From Trichinella spiralis (Eukaryota), in NCBI RefSeq assembly GCF_000181795.1, contig NW_003526941.1, positions 8,668,140 through 8,732,139 on the forward strand: a stretch of 64,000 nt of DNA. Direction: 5' to 3'. The stretch's first letter is position 1, and each line of letters begins with the position of its first letter. Shown here in pieces: positions 52,642-64,000 of this stretch. The position numbers and the translations under genes were made by a program. Below the pieces are notes generated by a model, which was not told the origin of the DNA, did not search any database, and saw only the letters and a program-made list of their open reading frames with translations.

Positions 52642-52811
52642 TCAACACATTGGTCGATGGCTTGATTTGTTCGTTGGAAGCTGTCTTTTGCAATTCTACT
52701 TGCTTGCAAGTGTGTGTGCGTGTATGTGTATATTGGTTCTGTTTCAGACCGTCTGTCCGGCAAAGGTGAAAACGTGGAAAATACAAAACCAAAACAAAGC
52801 TAACAACGACC

Positions 52812-55800
52812 ATGAGTTCGTTGGCGCTTGTTCTGGCGGCGGACCAAGAAGCGGACTGTCAGAATCGAATTTTGGTCGACGTGGCACCTGTGGTTGGAAG
52901 TGGAACCTCGTCGTCGTCGACCGTGGAGACGGTCACTGTCGACGGTCGGAATGCTTTCCTGGCTCGACAGACTAGCCTCGGCGAACAAGCAGACACGTTC
53001 AACGCCGCCGCCGCCGCCGCCCTCTATTCCCAGTACGCGGTCATTCAGCAGCAGTACACTGCAGCTTTGGCAGCGGTGGCCCGAGCCGCTGCCGCCGCCG
53101 CCGCCGCTTCACGGTCCAATTCCACTGGTTCTGGCTGTTTGGCGCCTTCGATGCCGTACCCGTATTTGATAGCCACTGGGCAACAGTTTGTCTCCAATTT
53201 ATCCCTTTCAACGGTCAGCACAACCGCCACGGCTTCTACTACTACCGCTAGTGATAGCGTCGTGATTGAAAATTTTTCTGCGAAACGAAAGCGTTCATTG
53301 ACTGGTCGATTATCATCAAACAATACCGGTGACTCATCCGCATTGAATGAACAGCAACAACAACAACAACAACAGCCTTCTTCATCTTCATCCTCTTCTT
53401 CAGTTTGTTGCCTTTTACTTCAATCGACATCAACTACAGCAAGCAGCAACAACAATACTGCTGCTGCTGCTGCTACTACTACTACTAATAATAATAATAG
53501 TAATAATAGCAGTAGTAGTGTTGAAAAAATTTTTTCAACTGCAGGTAGAGAATCGCCTGCTATGGGTGCAACTCGTGTCAATCATAAAGCTGTCGAAGAG
53601 CACATTTCGAGATTGATCAGCGAAAATGAAGCGCTGCTTGAACCGTCACCAGTATTGTTGAAACGTCGCTCTTATACCAGGCAGCATTTCGGCTCTTTTG
53701 ACCAAGGATCATCAACTGGTGGACATCGGAACGTAAATGCCAATGGCGCTGTATGCTCTGCAAAGCAGAAGGCTTCTTCTTCTTCAAATAGCAGCAACAA
53801 TTGCAACACAATGTCGTCGTCAAACGTGAAAACTATGCGAAGTCAGTCGTTGGTCGATGCTGAACTGTTGTTGAGCACGTTCAAGAGAAAAAGTTCACCT
53901 TCACCCGACGATCTGCACCGTGGATTTCATCGTTCGAGCGTCGACTGCGGCCGCTTGCGGAACCGCACCGACACGGGATCGTTGTCGCCGAGGTCCGCTT
54001 CCGTCGAAGCAGTGCATCAAGTCAGCACTGGCAAGCAAGGGTCTGCACTTTGTGCTTATTGTTCGGTCGGGTTCCGAAACGTCGACGCTTGCAAAGCGCA
54101 CGAAATTCGATGCGCCCAGCGACCATCATTATCGTCGATCGAGTCATCACCGGCTCCAATTGTCGAAGCATCATCCCCTTTATCCTGTTCCTCTAGTTGC
54201 TGCTCTTCTTCCTGCTGCTGTTCCTCGTCGTCCACCACTTCTTCTTGCTCAGCCAATACGTCGTCCACGTTCTCGTCCAACGTTATTTTCGCCCTGCAGC
54301 TTGGCAATTCGACTTCGACTCCAATGCAACCGTATTGCAACACGGTCAGGGTGCCGAAGTTGCTCGATTTGGAACCGATGCGTTCGTCGCAAAATCAACC
54401 GTCGCTAATAACCCAGAGCACATTTTGCACGGTCCGTCGTCGGCCGGTCCCGCAGCAGAAATTAGCAATTGCTCGCCAATCGATCTGGCTCGACGGTATC
54501 CCCCAGTCGACTTTGAACATCTCCTCCACTGGCGACGATACCGAACGCCGAACCGACACCGCCGACGCCCACTTCAACATCTTGCTCATGGGTTGCTATC
54601 GGTTGCAGAAGCTCCACCACATGCCGTTGCTCTGCTACACCACCGCCGTGCAAGAATTGGCTCACTCGATGCGCATGACTCACAGCAGTTATTGGAAATA
54701 TTCGAAAAAATTGCGCAAATTATCCAAACTCGATCATCCACCAACAACAGCAGCAATTGCCATCATCAACAACGGCAACAGCAATACCATTACAAGTAAT
54801 AATAAGAATAATAATAATAATAATTGCACCTCGTTGGTTTTACAACTGAAAGTGGATCAATGTCAGCAACAACAGCAAAATTCAGAAAAGAACGATACAT
54901 CTAATGATTGTACAATTTCTTCTTGGCAAAGATCGTCAGTTGATGATGAAACTTTCCAACGCAACCAGAACTTCTCTTCGGCAATAAAAAAAGGGCGTGG
55001 CAGAGGTCGGTATGTTTGCGACCGATGCGGCATTCGATGCAAAAAGCCGAGCGTGTTGAAAAAGCATTTTCGTTGTCACCTCGACATTCGACCCTACTCT
55101 TGTCCATTGTGCATGTTCAGCTTCAAATCCAAAGGCAATTTGACCAAACACATGAAATCCAAAGCTCATTCACGCCGCAGCAGTCAACAAGCTTTAACTG
55201 CCCTAATCAACTCCACTACAATTCCAAATACCATCGCATCATCATCCTCTTCGTCGTCGTTGTCATCAACAATACGAACAACATCGACAACATCATTAAT
55301 AATAACATTGGCAGAAGGGATGGAACCTGGAACACAATCTACTACAATTAATCAGGTTTGTGTTGAAGAAGCTTTTTTTTGGTGTTTATCAATCAGCTAA
55401 GTATTTTTTTTTCATTTTGCTTATTTTGTAGATTCAAAAAATCAACGTGGAGCAGCAATTTGCCAAAAGCGACGAGGAAACAAGTTCTGCTTCTGAAATG
55501 TTTGAAGATTTCTATTACGATAATTGGTAAGTTGATCATTGTTCATTTATTTTTTCAAATTTTATTCAAATTATCTGGTCCAACTTGTTCGTATTCCATT
55601 TTTCATAGTTTCATAGTTTTTGTTTCAATTTTCAACTAGCATTTATTTGCTAAAATAAAACCTTGTGTTAGCTTACAGCCAGTTGGCTCTTTGGACCGAC
55701 TGACAAACAACAACGTGCAACAATTGCACCAGCTTGCCAGATTGTTCTTTTTTTTCATTGTCATGTTTTTGGCATCAAATTTCAAAGCGTGTGTGCTGGT

Positions 55801-58800
55801 TTTTGTTTGAAAATGAGATATGATAAAAAATTATTCCCACGTAAATAGGCATGTAGTAGGCAGAGTATGAATCACAATAATTGAATATAATGAAAATGCT
55901 ATTTTTTTGTTTTGTTTTGTTTTGTTTTATTGAATTGAATTTGATTGCAATTATTATTATTATTCTTATTATTGTTCATTTGTCATGTTTCTTATTATTG
56001 TTGTAAATCTCAATCAGCTTTTTTGTTTTCCATTCCTTCTACACCAGCGTATATGACCAGTGAATGAATAGCATTTGTAATGACTTTTTTACACATATCT
56101 GAAAACAATACGATAATTGAACAAAGTGAAATAGGTCATAGATTTATTACTTCTGCAATTGTTCTGTTTTTTTTTCTTTTTTTTTGGAGTATTTTGCAAT
56201 TATAAATTACGTCATCATTAAAATTATGAACACTTGTATTTTTTATAAAATATTATACTAACTGGTGTTATTTTTTTAATACGCATTTCTTTTTTATTTT
56301 TCCGACGTGATATTTTCGTTCTTGAACTTTGAAAATTAAAAAAGAAAAGCATCTGCAATACAGTATGAAATCCCATTCTTTTCATACGAATATTTTTAAA
56401 TTTACTTCATCTTCATTTGATATTTTTTTATAAATTATTTTGCGTTTTGTTTTTTATTTTTGGACAAAATTTTTTAAACATATTCAAATAGTGTTCATTG
56501 TTGACAGGTGCTCTCTCATGAGCGAAACATTTACCTTGAAAAGATGATGCAAATGTTTTCATATCAAATTTATTTTACAATTATCCAAATAAATAAATAA
56601 TTAATCAATTAAATATTATATACACGTGCAATATGTAGTATTCACATAATATATGTGTGTGTGTGTGTGTGTGTGAGTCATGTTGACATTACATCTTGAT
56701 AATCATAAAATGACAAAGGTCATTTGATTTTACTGTAGATTTATAAAAGTTTGCAAAATGTTGATGAAGTAGTGGTTGAGAAGGTTTTCAGTCATCATTG
56801 TAAGCCAGATTGTTTTTCAAATGTGAAAATTTGGTTATTCATGTTGGACGTTGCATTGAAGATGAATGTTTGCATGCACGTTGTTTCGGTGTCCAAGTAT
56901 GTACATGTTGTTTGGTGATCGCCTGCAATGGATCTCCTTTTTTTGTGTGTGATTTATGTAGATTGTTATTCGATGAAATTGTTTGCTATATATGTAATTG
57001 GGATAGAGTCTATTTTTCGATTTGTTGAATTAATCAGTTAATTCATTTAGAGAAGATGTTTGTTTTGTTAATTGTTTGTGTTCAGCTTTTAAGTGTCAGA
57101 ATTCATCATCATCTTTTGCAATTTTGAATGGCGTATTTGTCTTTTGGAAATCACTGAACTGATTATCATTTTCTGTTTTTTTCTTGATATTTTTGACAAA
57201 GTGTTGTATTTTTAGGAAACACGACCCAATGGACACTTCAAATCGCTTACGTTATTTCAAGCAGGGTAAGTTGAATAATGAATGTTGCTCGTGCATAATT
57301 TTTTTGGTTGTCTTTTCCATACTGTGGAAATTATTATAAATAAAATTTTAATATTTTTTTTCTTTTGTAAGGATGTCGATCTCACACTCCGTCAGAGTTG
57401 GCCGCTTATTCGGAAGACGATGACGAAGAGCCAGAGCGATGCAGCAGTGCACCTTTGATACTCCGTTCCGACGGAAGCGTTACAGCCGGTGATTACTGTC
57501 CCAAAACCGCAGACTCGACCGACGCTGTCTCGTCCGGCGAGCCTGCGCCGAACCGCGACCGCGCCGCAGGCAATTTTCCATTGGTCGGCGCCCGCCCGAA
57601 CAGCGACAACAGCAAGCAGTTGAACCAGCAGCCGACCCCGGCGTTGGAAGAAGCTGAACAACAGCGACAGGAAGAACTGGTGCTCGGGGAAAAGGAAAAT
57701 AACAGTATCATTGCCGCCGTCGTCGCGGCCGCCGCCTGTACGGCGTCGGTTTGCCCCGGCCAAAATGGCGACTCCGGTGGGTTGGCGCCGGCGCCAGCCG
57801 TCGGGGGCGGTGCTGTGGCCCACGATTTCGACAAGTTCTACTCGAGCATGACCGCCGAGGGTCGGCTGGAGTGTCCAATCTGCGGCAAGCGGTTCAACAA
57901 GTACAGCTTGTTGAGGTTGCACGAAAACGTCCACGCGTTCGAACAGTCGAACCGCAAAGGGCGTCACGATCTGAAGTGTCCCGAGTGCCACTGCAGCTTC
58001 CGCTCCCGGGCGCTGTTGCACAAACACATGCTGAACGCGCATCCTGTCGGCAGTGACCAGCAGACGGTCGAACTGACCGACCGGCGGAACCACTGCAGTC
58101 TGAACGGCCATCACGACGACGGTGGCGCCAAGCGGCCCGCGGCGGCCGAGTCGCCGGATGGCGCGCAGTGGTCGACGACGCCGAAGCGACACGCCGCCGT
58201 CAACGCTAGCGCCTCCAATCCCAGGCCGTTCCAGTGCGCCGACTGCGACAGCGCGTTCCGTATCCACGGCCATTTGGCCAAACATCTGCGCTCAAAATTG
58301 CACATCATGAAGTTGGAGTCGGTCGGCAAGTTGCCGGTTGGCACGTTCGCCAAAATCGAAGAGCTCGGCGTGCACAGTTTCCACGACATGGACACGAGCA
58401 GCAGTGAAAACGCGTTGCGCAGCTTGTTGCGTATTTTGGCCAACAGCACTACCGCCGACAGCAACCAGGACCAGCAGCAGCAGCAGCAGCAGTTGAATAC
58501 CAAAGCGGCGGATACAAAGTGTCGCCTGGGTACCGAAGAACCGACGCCAGTTGGAGAAGTGGCCAACAGCGGCGCTGTTGGCGTGACTTCTTCGATCAGT
58601 GCCGAAACTGGCGATGACGACGACAACGACGGTGACGAAACGTTGATCGACGTCGAAGCACTACCACCACCACCACCACCACAGCCGTCCACCGAGAAGC
58701 GGTCGAAAATTGCCAGCCCGAATCCGCCCGAACCAGTGGGCAGTATGAAATTGGCTCGCGAGTTGCCATCGCAGCCTGGCGCGGGTCGGTCGGTGGTCGC

Positions 58801-60793
58801 GGGTCTCTGGGTTCCGCCGACCAGCGATCAGTTGATCTCAGCCGCTGCTTCTTGCAGACTACCCGCCCACGTCGCCACTGCCCCCGTCCCGGTCGACACC
58901 ACCGTCGCCTCTTCGTTCTTCCCATCCTCATCCACCTCTTGCTCGTCGTCTTCGTCGTCGTCCTGCTCGTCGACGTTCAACGACCACGCCATGGGCGATT
59001 CGGCCGCCGGCAAATCGCTGGACAACGTCCACGCGGTCAATTCTGAAACGGAGCGGGGTGAAATTTCCTGCGACTGGTGCCAAGTTTGTTTCCCGTCGGT
59101 TGTCGATTTGGAAGTCCACATGCACACCGATCACATTCTCATGCGCGACGGCAGGGATTATCGTTGCACGTTGGCCAACTGCGACAAAATCTACCCCAAC
59201 ATGGACTGCCTGCGTCAGCACGTCAAGTTGCATTTTGTCGCCGGCAGCGAGCAGTTGGCGACGGCGGCCGACTTGGTCACTGACTCACGTCGTCAATATA
59301 ACCACCACCACCATCACCACCAGCAGCAGCAGCCGACGACGACGACCACAGCCACTGCCGCCGTCTTGCCACCGTCGACGTCGACTCTGAAGCCGACCCC
59401 GCCCAAACGCAGTCGTCGAACTGGCCACAACAACAGCAACAAGCTGCTTGACCACCACCAGCAGCAGCAGCAGCAGCAGCAACACCGAACGACGGTGAAT
59501 TATAAGGATAGCGCAGGCGGCGGTGGGGTTGTTGTTTTAATTCACGGCGGTCAAATTCAGAACCGAAGCACCACCTCCAGCAGCAGCAGCAGCAGCAGCA
59601 ACACCAACACCAACAAAAGCAACGCTTGCATCTCGTCGCCAACCAGCGATTCCGAGGCGAGTCGTAGCAGCGCTTTTAGCCGTTCTTGTGGAAGTCCAGC
59701 GGCGGCGAGTCCAGTTGGGGCGGAATCTTCCGCCTCCGCTGTCGGGGCCTGCATCCCGACGGATCTGTCTTCGGAAACCGGTCGAAGTGCCTTTTCTGTG
59801 TCGAGCGGTGCCGACGCTGCTCCACTTCGCCGATGCTCGTCACTGAAACGCCGGAGCAGCTTGATCACGTCGAATAGCGGCAGCAACAGCGGTAGCAGCA
59901 CGCCGCTCTTTTCCGCTGCGGTGCAGCACTCTGGTACCAGTCCCCTGGCACCTGGCAAGCGGGCTCGAATATCCTCTGGCGGCATTAACGACTTTCCCAC
60001 CACCACCACCACTGCAACGAACAGCAGCAACAGTATTCACAACAGTGTTGTCGAACAAAATAAGGTGAACAATTTTATAATTTTCTTCTCTTTTCAGTAT
60101 TTTCAGTTTTTTTATTTTCAGTTATTAACATCAAAAGTACAACAAACATCCGATTTGCAAGCTGCGCCGCCGTCTTTGCCATCCATTCCATCGTGCAGTG
60201 CTTTTTTGCCAGTTTCAAGTTCACTGCAGCATTTCGCTTGGAATCAGCCAATTTCACCGCATCTCGGCTTGACCGGCCCGAACAGTCATCCGTTGCTGTT
60301 CGCCGGCCGCGAACTTCTCCTACCCCAACCCCATCCCCTGGTGACCGGTGGTGGGCCTTCGATGCCAGTTCCGGCGCCGGCGCCGGGCTTCTCGCCGCTT
60401 CATCTTTCCCACTTCTACGACCAACTGTGGGCTGCGTCGGTTTTGAACGCTGTGCAAAATTACGCCGGTCTGGCGGCCGCCGCCACTCCGATCTCACCGA
60501 CCGTGGTTGCCGCCGCCGCCGCAGCTGCCGCCACCGCGGCTTGTGGTGCCAACACCACCGCCACTACCAGCAGCACCACCACCACCACCCAAAACAACAG
60601 CAACAACAATTTGTTGGTTTGTTTCATTTGTTGCAAACAGTGCTCGAACGTGATCGACCTCCAGGAACACATGCTCGGCCATTCTCAACCACGCCCTTAC
60701 GTCTGCGAGTTCTGCGACGCTGGTTTTACGAGCATCCGAGCTTTGCAAGCGCACAGACCTTGCCGCTTGCAAAACGTCATGCCGATGAGCTAA
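52812..60793 (+). CDS. sma-9: Schnurri/SMA-9/HIVEP-family zinc-finger BMP-Smad cofactor, ~2017 aa
   Basis: Exons 52812-55355, 55432-55526, 57216-57265, 57372-60064, 60122-60793 join in frame. Motifs: [12 protein letters not shown], a C2HC singlet, ZAS pair [43 protein letters not shown], a Schnurri-type triplet ending [37 protein letters not shown], and two more finger pairs. Confidence 0.93.
56654..56674. repeat. (TG)n microsatellite in a Schnurri intron
   Basis: Read directly from the sequence. Confidence 0.85.
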
Positions 60794-60874
60794 AATTCAA
60801 AAGGTGCAATAGTAACAATATCTTTTTTTACTTTTTATTCGATGAAGAACCTCTTTTTGTTTTCATTTTCTTTA

Positions 60875-60905
<31 letters not shown>

Positions 60906-61593
60906 TTATTTATTTATTAGTACGTATGTTGTGCGCATGTATGTATGTATGTTTGTTTGCTTGTTTGTGTGTGTGTGCTTACGCATGCTTGTGTTTTTTG
61001 GTATTCTCCTCATCTGTTTATATTTTACTCTATTCTACTGATTTCATTTGTTTGCTTATTTCCACTTCCACAACATTGCCTCGTTCGCTTCCTCTGGTTT
61101 TCACTTGCCTCTCTAATTTTCTTTTTTTTTCTCAAGCTCTCCTATAGCTTAACCGGTTTTTCTGTTGAACAACAAACAACAACAACAACACCTATATTAC
61201 TTATATATATATATATACTATTACTACTAATACTGCTTGCTGCTGCTGCTGCTGTTGAGGTTGTTGTTGTTGTTGATTTGTTGTAAAGTGCTCTTCGGTG
61301 CAACACACATTCTGTGTTGTAAACACGCAGTGTGTAATGTACACATACATCTTTTGCCAAAGATGCGCTCGCCCTCCTTCATGTTTGTTAAACTACGTGT
61401 TTCGTTTACTTTATTTTTTTTAATTTATTATTTGTTGACTGTTTTTTTTTCTTTTTAATAAAGTCATATAATACACTCATTCTTCCTACCCTGACTGATT
61501 ATTATTACGTTCGATCTGCCTGAAGAAGGTGAAGCAAAATCAGTTATTATTATTCTCCTTTTTTTATTCATCATCATATTTTCAAGCGACAGC

Positions 61594-63132
61594 TTAAAAA
61601 TCGAACAATCCACCCATTCCTTCTTCTTCATCTGATTCTTCTTCTACTTTTTCTTCTTTCTTCTTACTGGATGATGAATCTTCTTTTTCTGCTTTCGAAG
61701 AAGCCGCCGCTGCTGCTGCCGGAGCTGCGGCTACGGCAAACTTGCTCGGATCAGCCAAATATTCTTTCAACTATCATAATATAAAAATACGCATCTTTTT
61801 AAAGAATGAACAACAACACAACTGCTGCTCACTTTTTCCGCTTCTTTGAATGTGATGTCAGTGACCGCAGCGATGGACAGCAAATTCTTGAAAGCGTTCG
61901 CTATCATGTGCGGTGCACTAGCGGCTGTTGGATAGTTGATTGCCAACGATAAACTGGCAATATGACGAATACTCTGATGATGTGAAAATTTTTCTTTTAA
62001 TCAATTACCATTTCAATTGATAATTTATGCAATTTCTCACCTCTTGAACTTTACCCAACAAGAAATCTGAAGTTATGTCCAGAACTGATGGATCGTAAAC
62101 ACTTCCGGAATCATAGACTAAAATTTAGAGAAAAAAAAGTACCGTTTCACGAGAAATGCTATTCATTCTCAAAATTATTCAACAAACCTTTCTTTATAAC
62201 TAAGCCATAACTGAATGGTAGAATGTTCAACATGTTGAGCAAAGCAGCTTCGCTTGCGCCAACCTTTTCGTTCTCTTTGATCAAATGAACATCATTCTAA
62301 AATATATACATATATATATATATCAATGGTATACGTATACAAGAAATACACGAAAAAGATGATAATTTACCAAAATTTCTATAGTGCCCTTAGAAATTTT
62401 CGTTGGAATATTCAAAGCTTGAAAGAAAGATGTTTTCTCAGGCCCCAATCCTGTGTTCTGTGCCGGCAATCGTACATCAATTGGCGCCACAATTCCAGCT
62501 TTAGCCGGTGCAGCTACCTGCATAATACATAAATTATTCCAATCCAACGATACATAAAACAGAAAAGAAAAACAAACCTTTTTCGCAATTATAGCATCAC
62601 GCACCTCGGCAAGATCTTCATTGGTGAAAACAAATCCGACATTCCCAACAACATGATGGATCAAACTTGAAAACATTTCAAATTGAATTCACAAATCACA
62701 TTCAAAGTGAACCATCTTACCATTCTAAATCTGGATTTTTCGGCAAATAACCACGAATTGCTTTTCGAATCATCGTGTTTTTGCCCATTAACAATTCGGC
62801 CCGACCACGCAAGGAAATGCGAATTTGCTGCATTTGGTTGGAACCGACGTTGTCCACACCCACAATAAAGCATTTTGGATATTCTTCCAAAAATTTCTAA
62901 ATTTTCAAACAGCACATCAACGATAATTATCAAAAATGAATCAACTACTTTCAGCCAAATAATATATGCACCTCATACGAATTGTAAAAATACGAAAAGT
63001 ATAATTCAACTTCGCATTTAAAATATAAAAATAGTAATAAAAATAATTTAAAACGTTAAAAAAATTAAAAAACATTACCACAAGCTTAAGAAAATAGTTT
63101 GACTTCCAAGTTGTTTTGTCTTCCCTGACCAT
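61594..63132 (-). CDS. RPLP0: 60S acidic ribosomal protein P0 (uL10)
   Basis: Exons 63132-63079, 62896-62721, 62665-62578, 62517-62371, 62296-62188, 62117-62041, 61973-61833, 61770-61594 (322 aa). [60 protein letters not shown], Ala-rich hinge and acidic tail. Confidence 0.98.
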
Positions 63133-63651
63133 CTTGGTGATTCAAGGATGTCCAGTCGGTTTAAAGACAAATATATCTAAAATAAATCAGTATATCAGAT
63201 TCTGTGGTACGATTTTTGCATACAATGAATGAATAATATGATATGAACAGAAAATCACTCATGACACGTTACCTACAGTAATACAAAAATAATGATGTTT
63301 AGCATGTTATACTGTAAATTAAAAGCGGATTTATTACATTAAAATTTATTTTATTAAATAAAAATGAAGAAATAAAAATGCATAGAATTATAATTTACAT
63401 GATAAAAAATAATTACAAAACTTATTATGCTTACTTTTAAATAATTTCAGTGGTGCAATATCTAAAGAACACCCTACTTATATTATATATAAAATCTTAC
63501 GGTATTTGTTAATAACTGTCGCTGTAATTATTATAAAAATTTTTAGTGCTATTAGCAGTACCAAGTGGAAATATTTTCTACTGATTTCATTGTAAAAATA
63601 TTTTGTTTTAATCATATCGATTATTACAGTATTACTGTTAAATCCAAAAGA

Positions 63652-64000
63652 ATGGAAATTCCCGAAGTTGGAATTGAAATAGAATCTGTGCGAAGAAATT
63701 ACACCTGGACACAGAATGTTCATCTCATTTATGACGAAGTAAGTGAACGATGTTCATCACAAACCATTATTAATGTGTGCATTTCAGTTGGCCGATACCT
63801 TTGTTCCTTCGCCCAGTGACGTTTTCCAGTGGAGTACAGCGTACGTAATGTTGTAAATTATTTGAATAGTTTATTAATGAAAAATTTCAATTTCAGAAAC
63901 TCGGCTGATTCTGCTCAGCAAGAATTTGTTGTGACAACATTCACAGAAGGAGATAATGTTTTGAGATTTCTGGACTATTGCAAAACTGACAATGGCGTGC
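63652..64000 (+). CDS. 5' end of a divergent RBBP4/RBBP7 (MSI1/CAF1C)-like histone-binding protein; runs off the right edge
   Basis: Exons 63652-63738, 63788-63840, 63897->64000 join in frame: MEIPEVGIEIESVRRNYTWTQNVHLIYDELADTFVPSPSDVFQWSTANSADSAQQEFVVTTFTEGDNVLRF. This resembles the YKIWKKN.PFLYD...WPSLTAQW...LVLGTHT..N.L N-terminal motif of RBBP4. Confidence 0.55.

Noticed and set aside
57392..61041. Antisense and alternate-frame ORFs over Schnurri
   Set aside because: Shadow frames of a GC-rich, low-complexity exon.

Overview
AT-rich eukaryotic genomic DNA with short GT-AG introns and TTTCAG-type acceptors. It is most likely from a clade I nematode such as Trichinella; this is inferred from intron style, homopolymer-rich proteins and a DAF-2-like kinase N-lobe insert. 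Eleven protein-coding genes can be reconstructed exon by exon: KDM1B/LSD2 (5' part), TRNAU1AP/SECp43, METTL9, ELP3, a small SnoaL/DUF4440-like protein, an NPR-4/5-like neuropeptide GPCR, an intronless GC-rich insulin/IGF receptor (daf-2-like), SLU7, a Schnurri/SMA-9/HIVEP zinc-finger factor, RPLP0 and the start of a divergent RBBP4/7-like protein. The most notable non-coding signal lies in the ~12 kb upstream of the Schnurri start codon. It has four same-strand GGCGCC-N5-GNC BMP-Smad composite elements (one Schnurri-recruiting GTCT type, three activating type) and five perfect TGACGTCA CRE palindromes, suggesting a BMP/Smad/Schnurri feedback module combined with CREB/ATF input. I recognised no tRNA, rRNA, snRNA, transposon or CRISPR.
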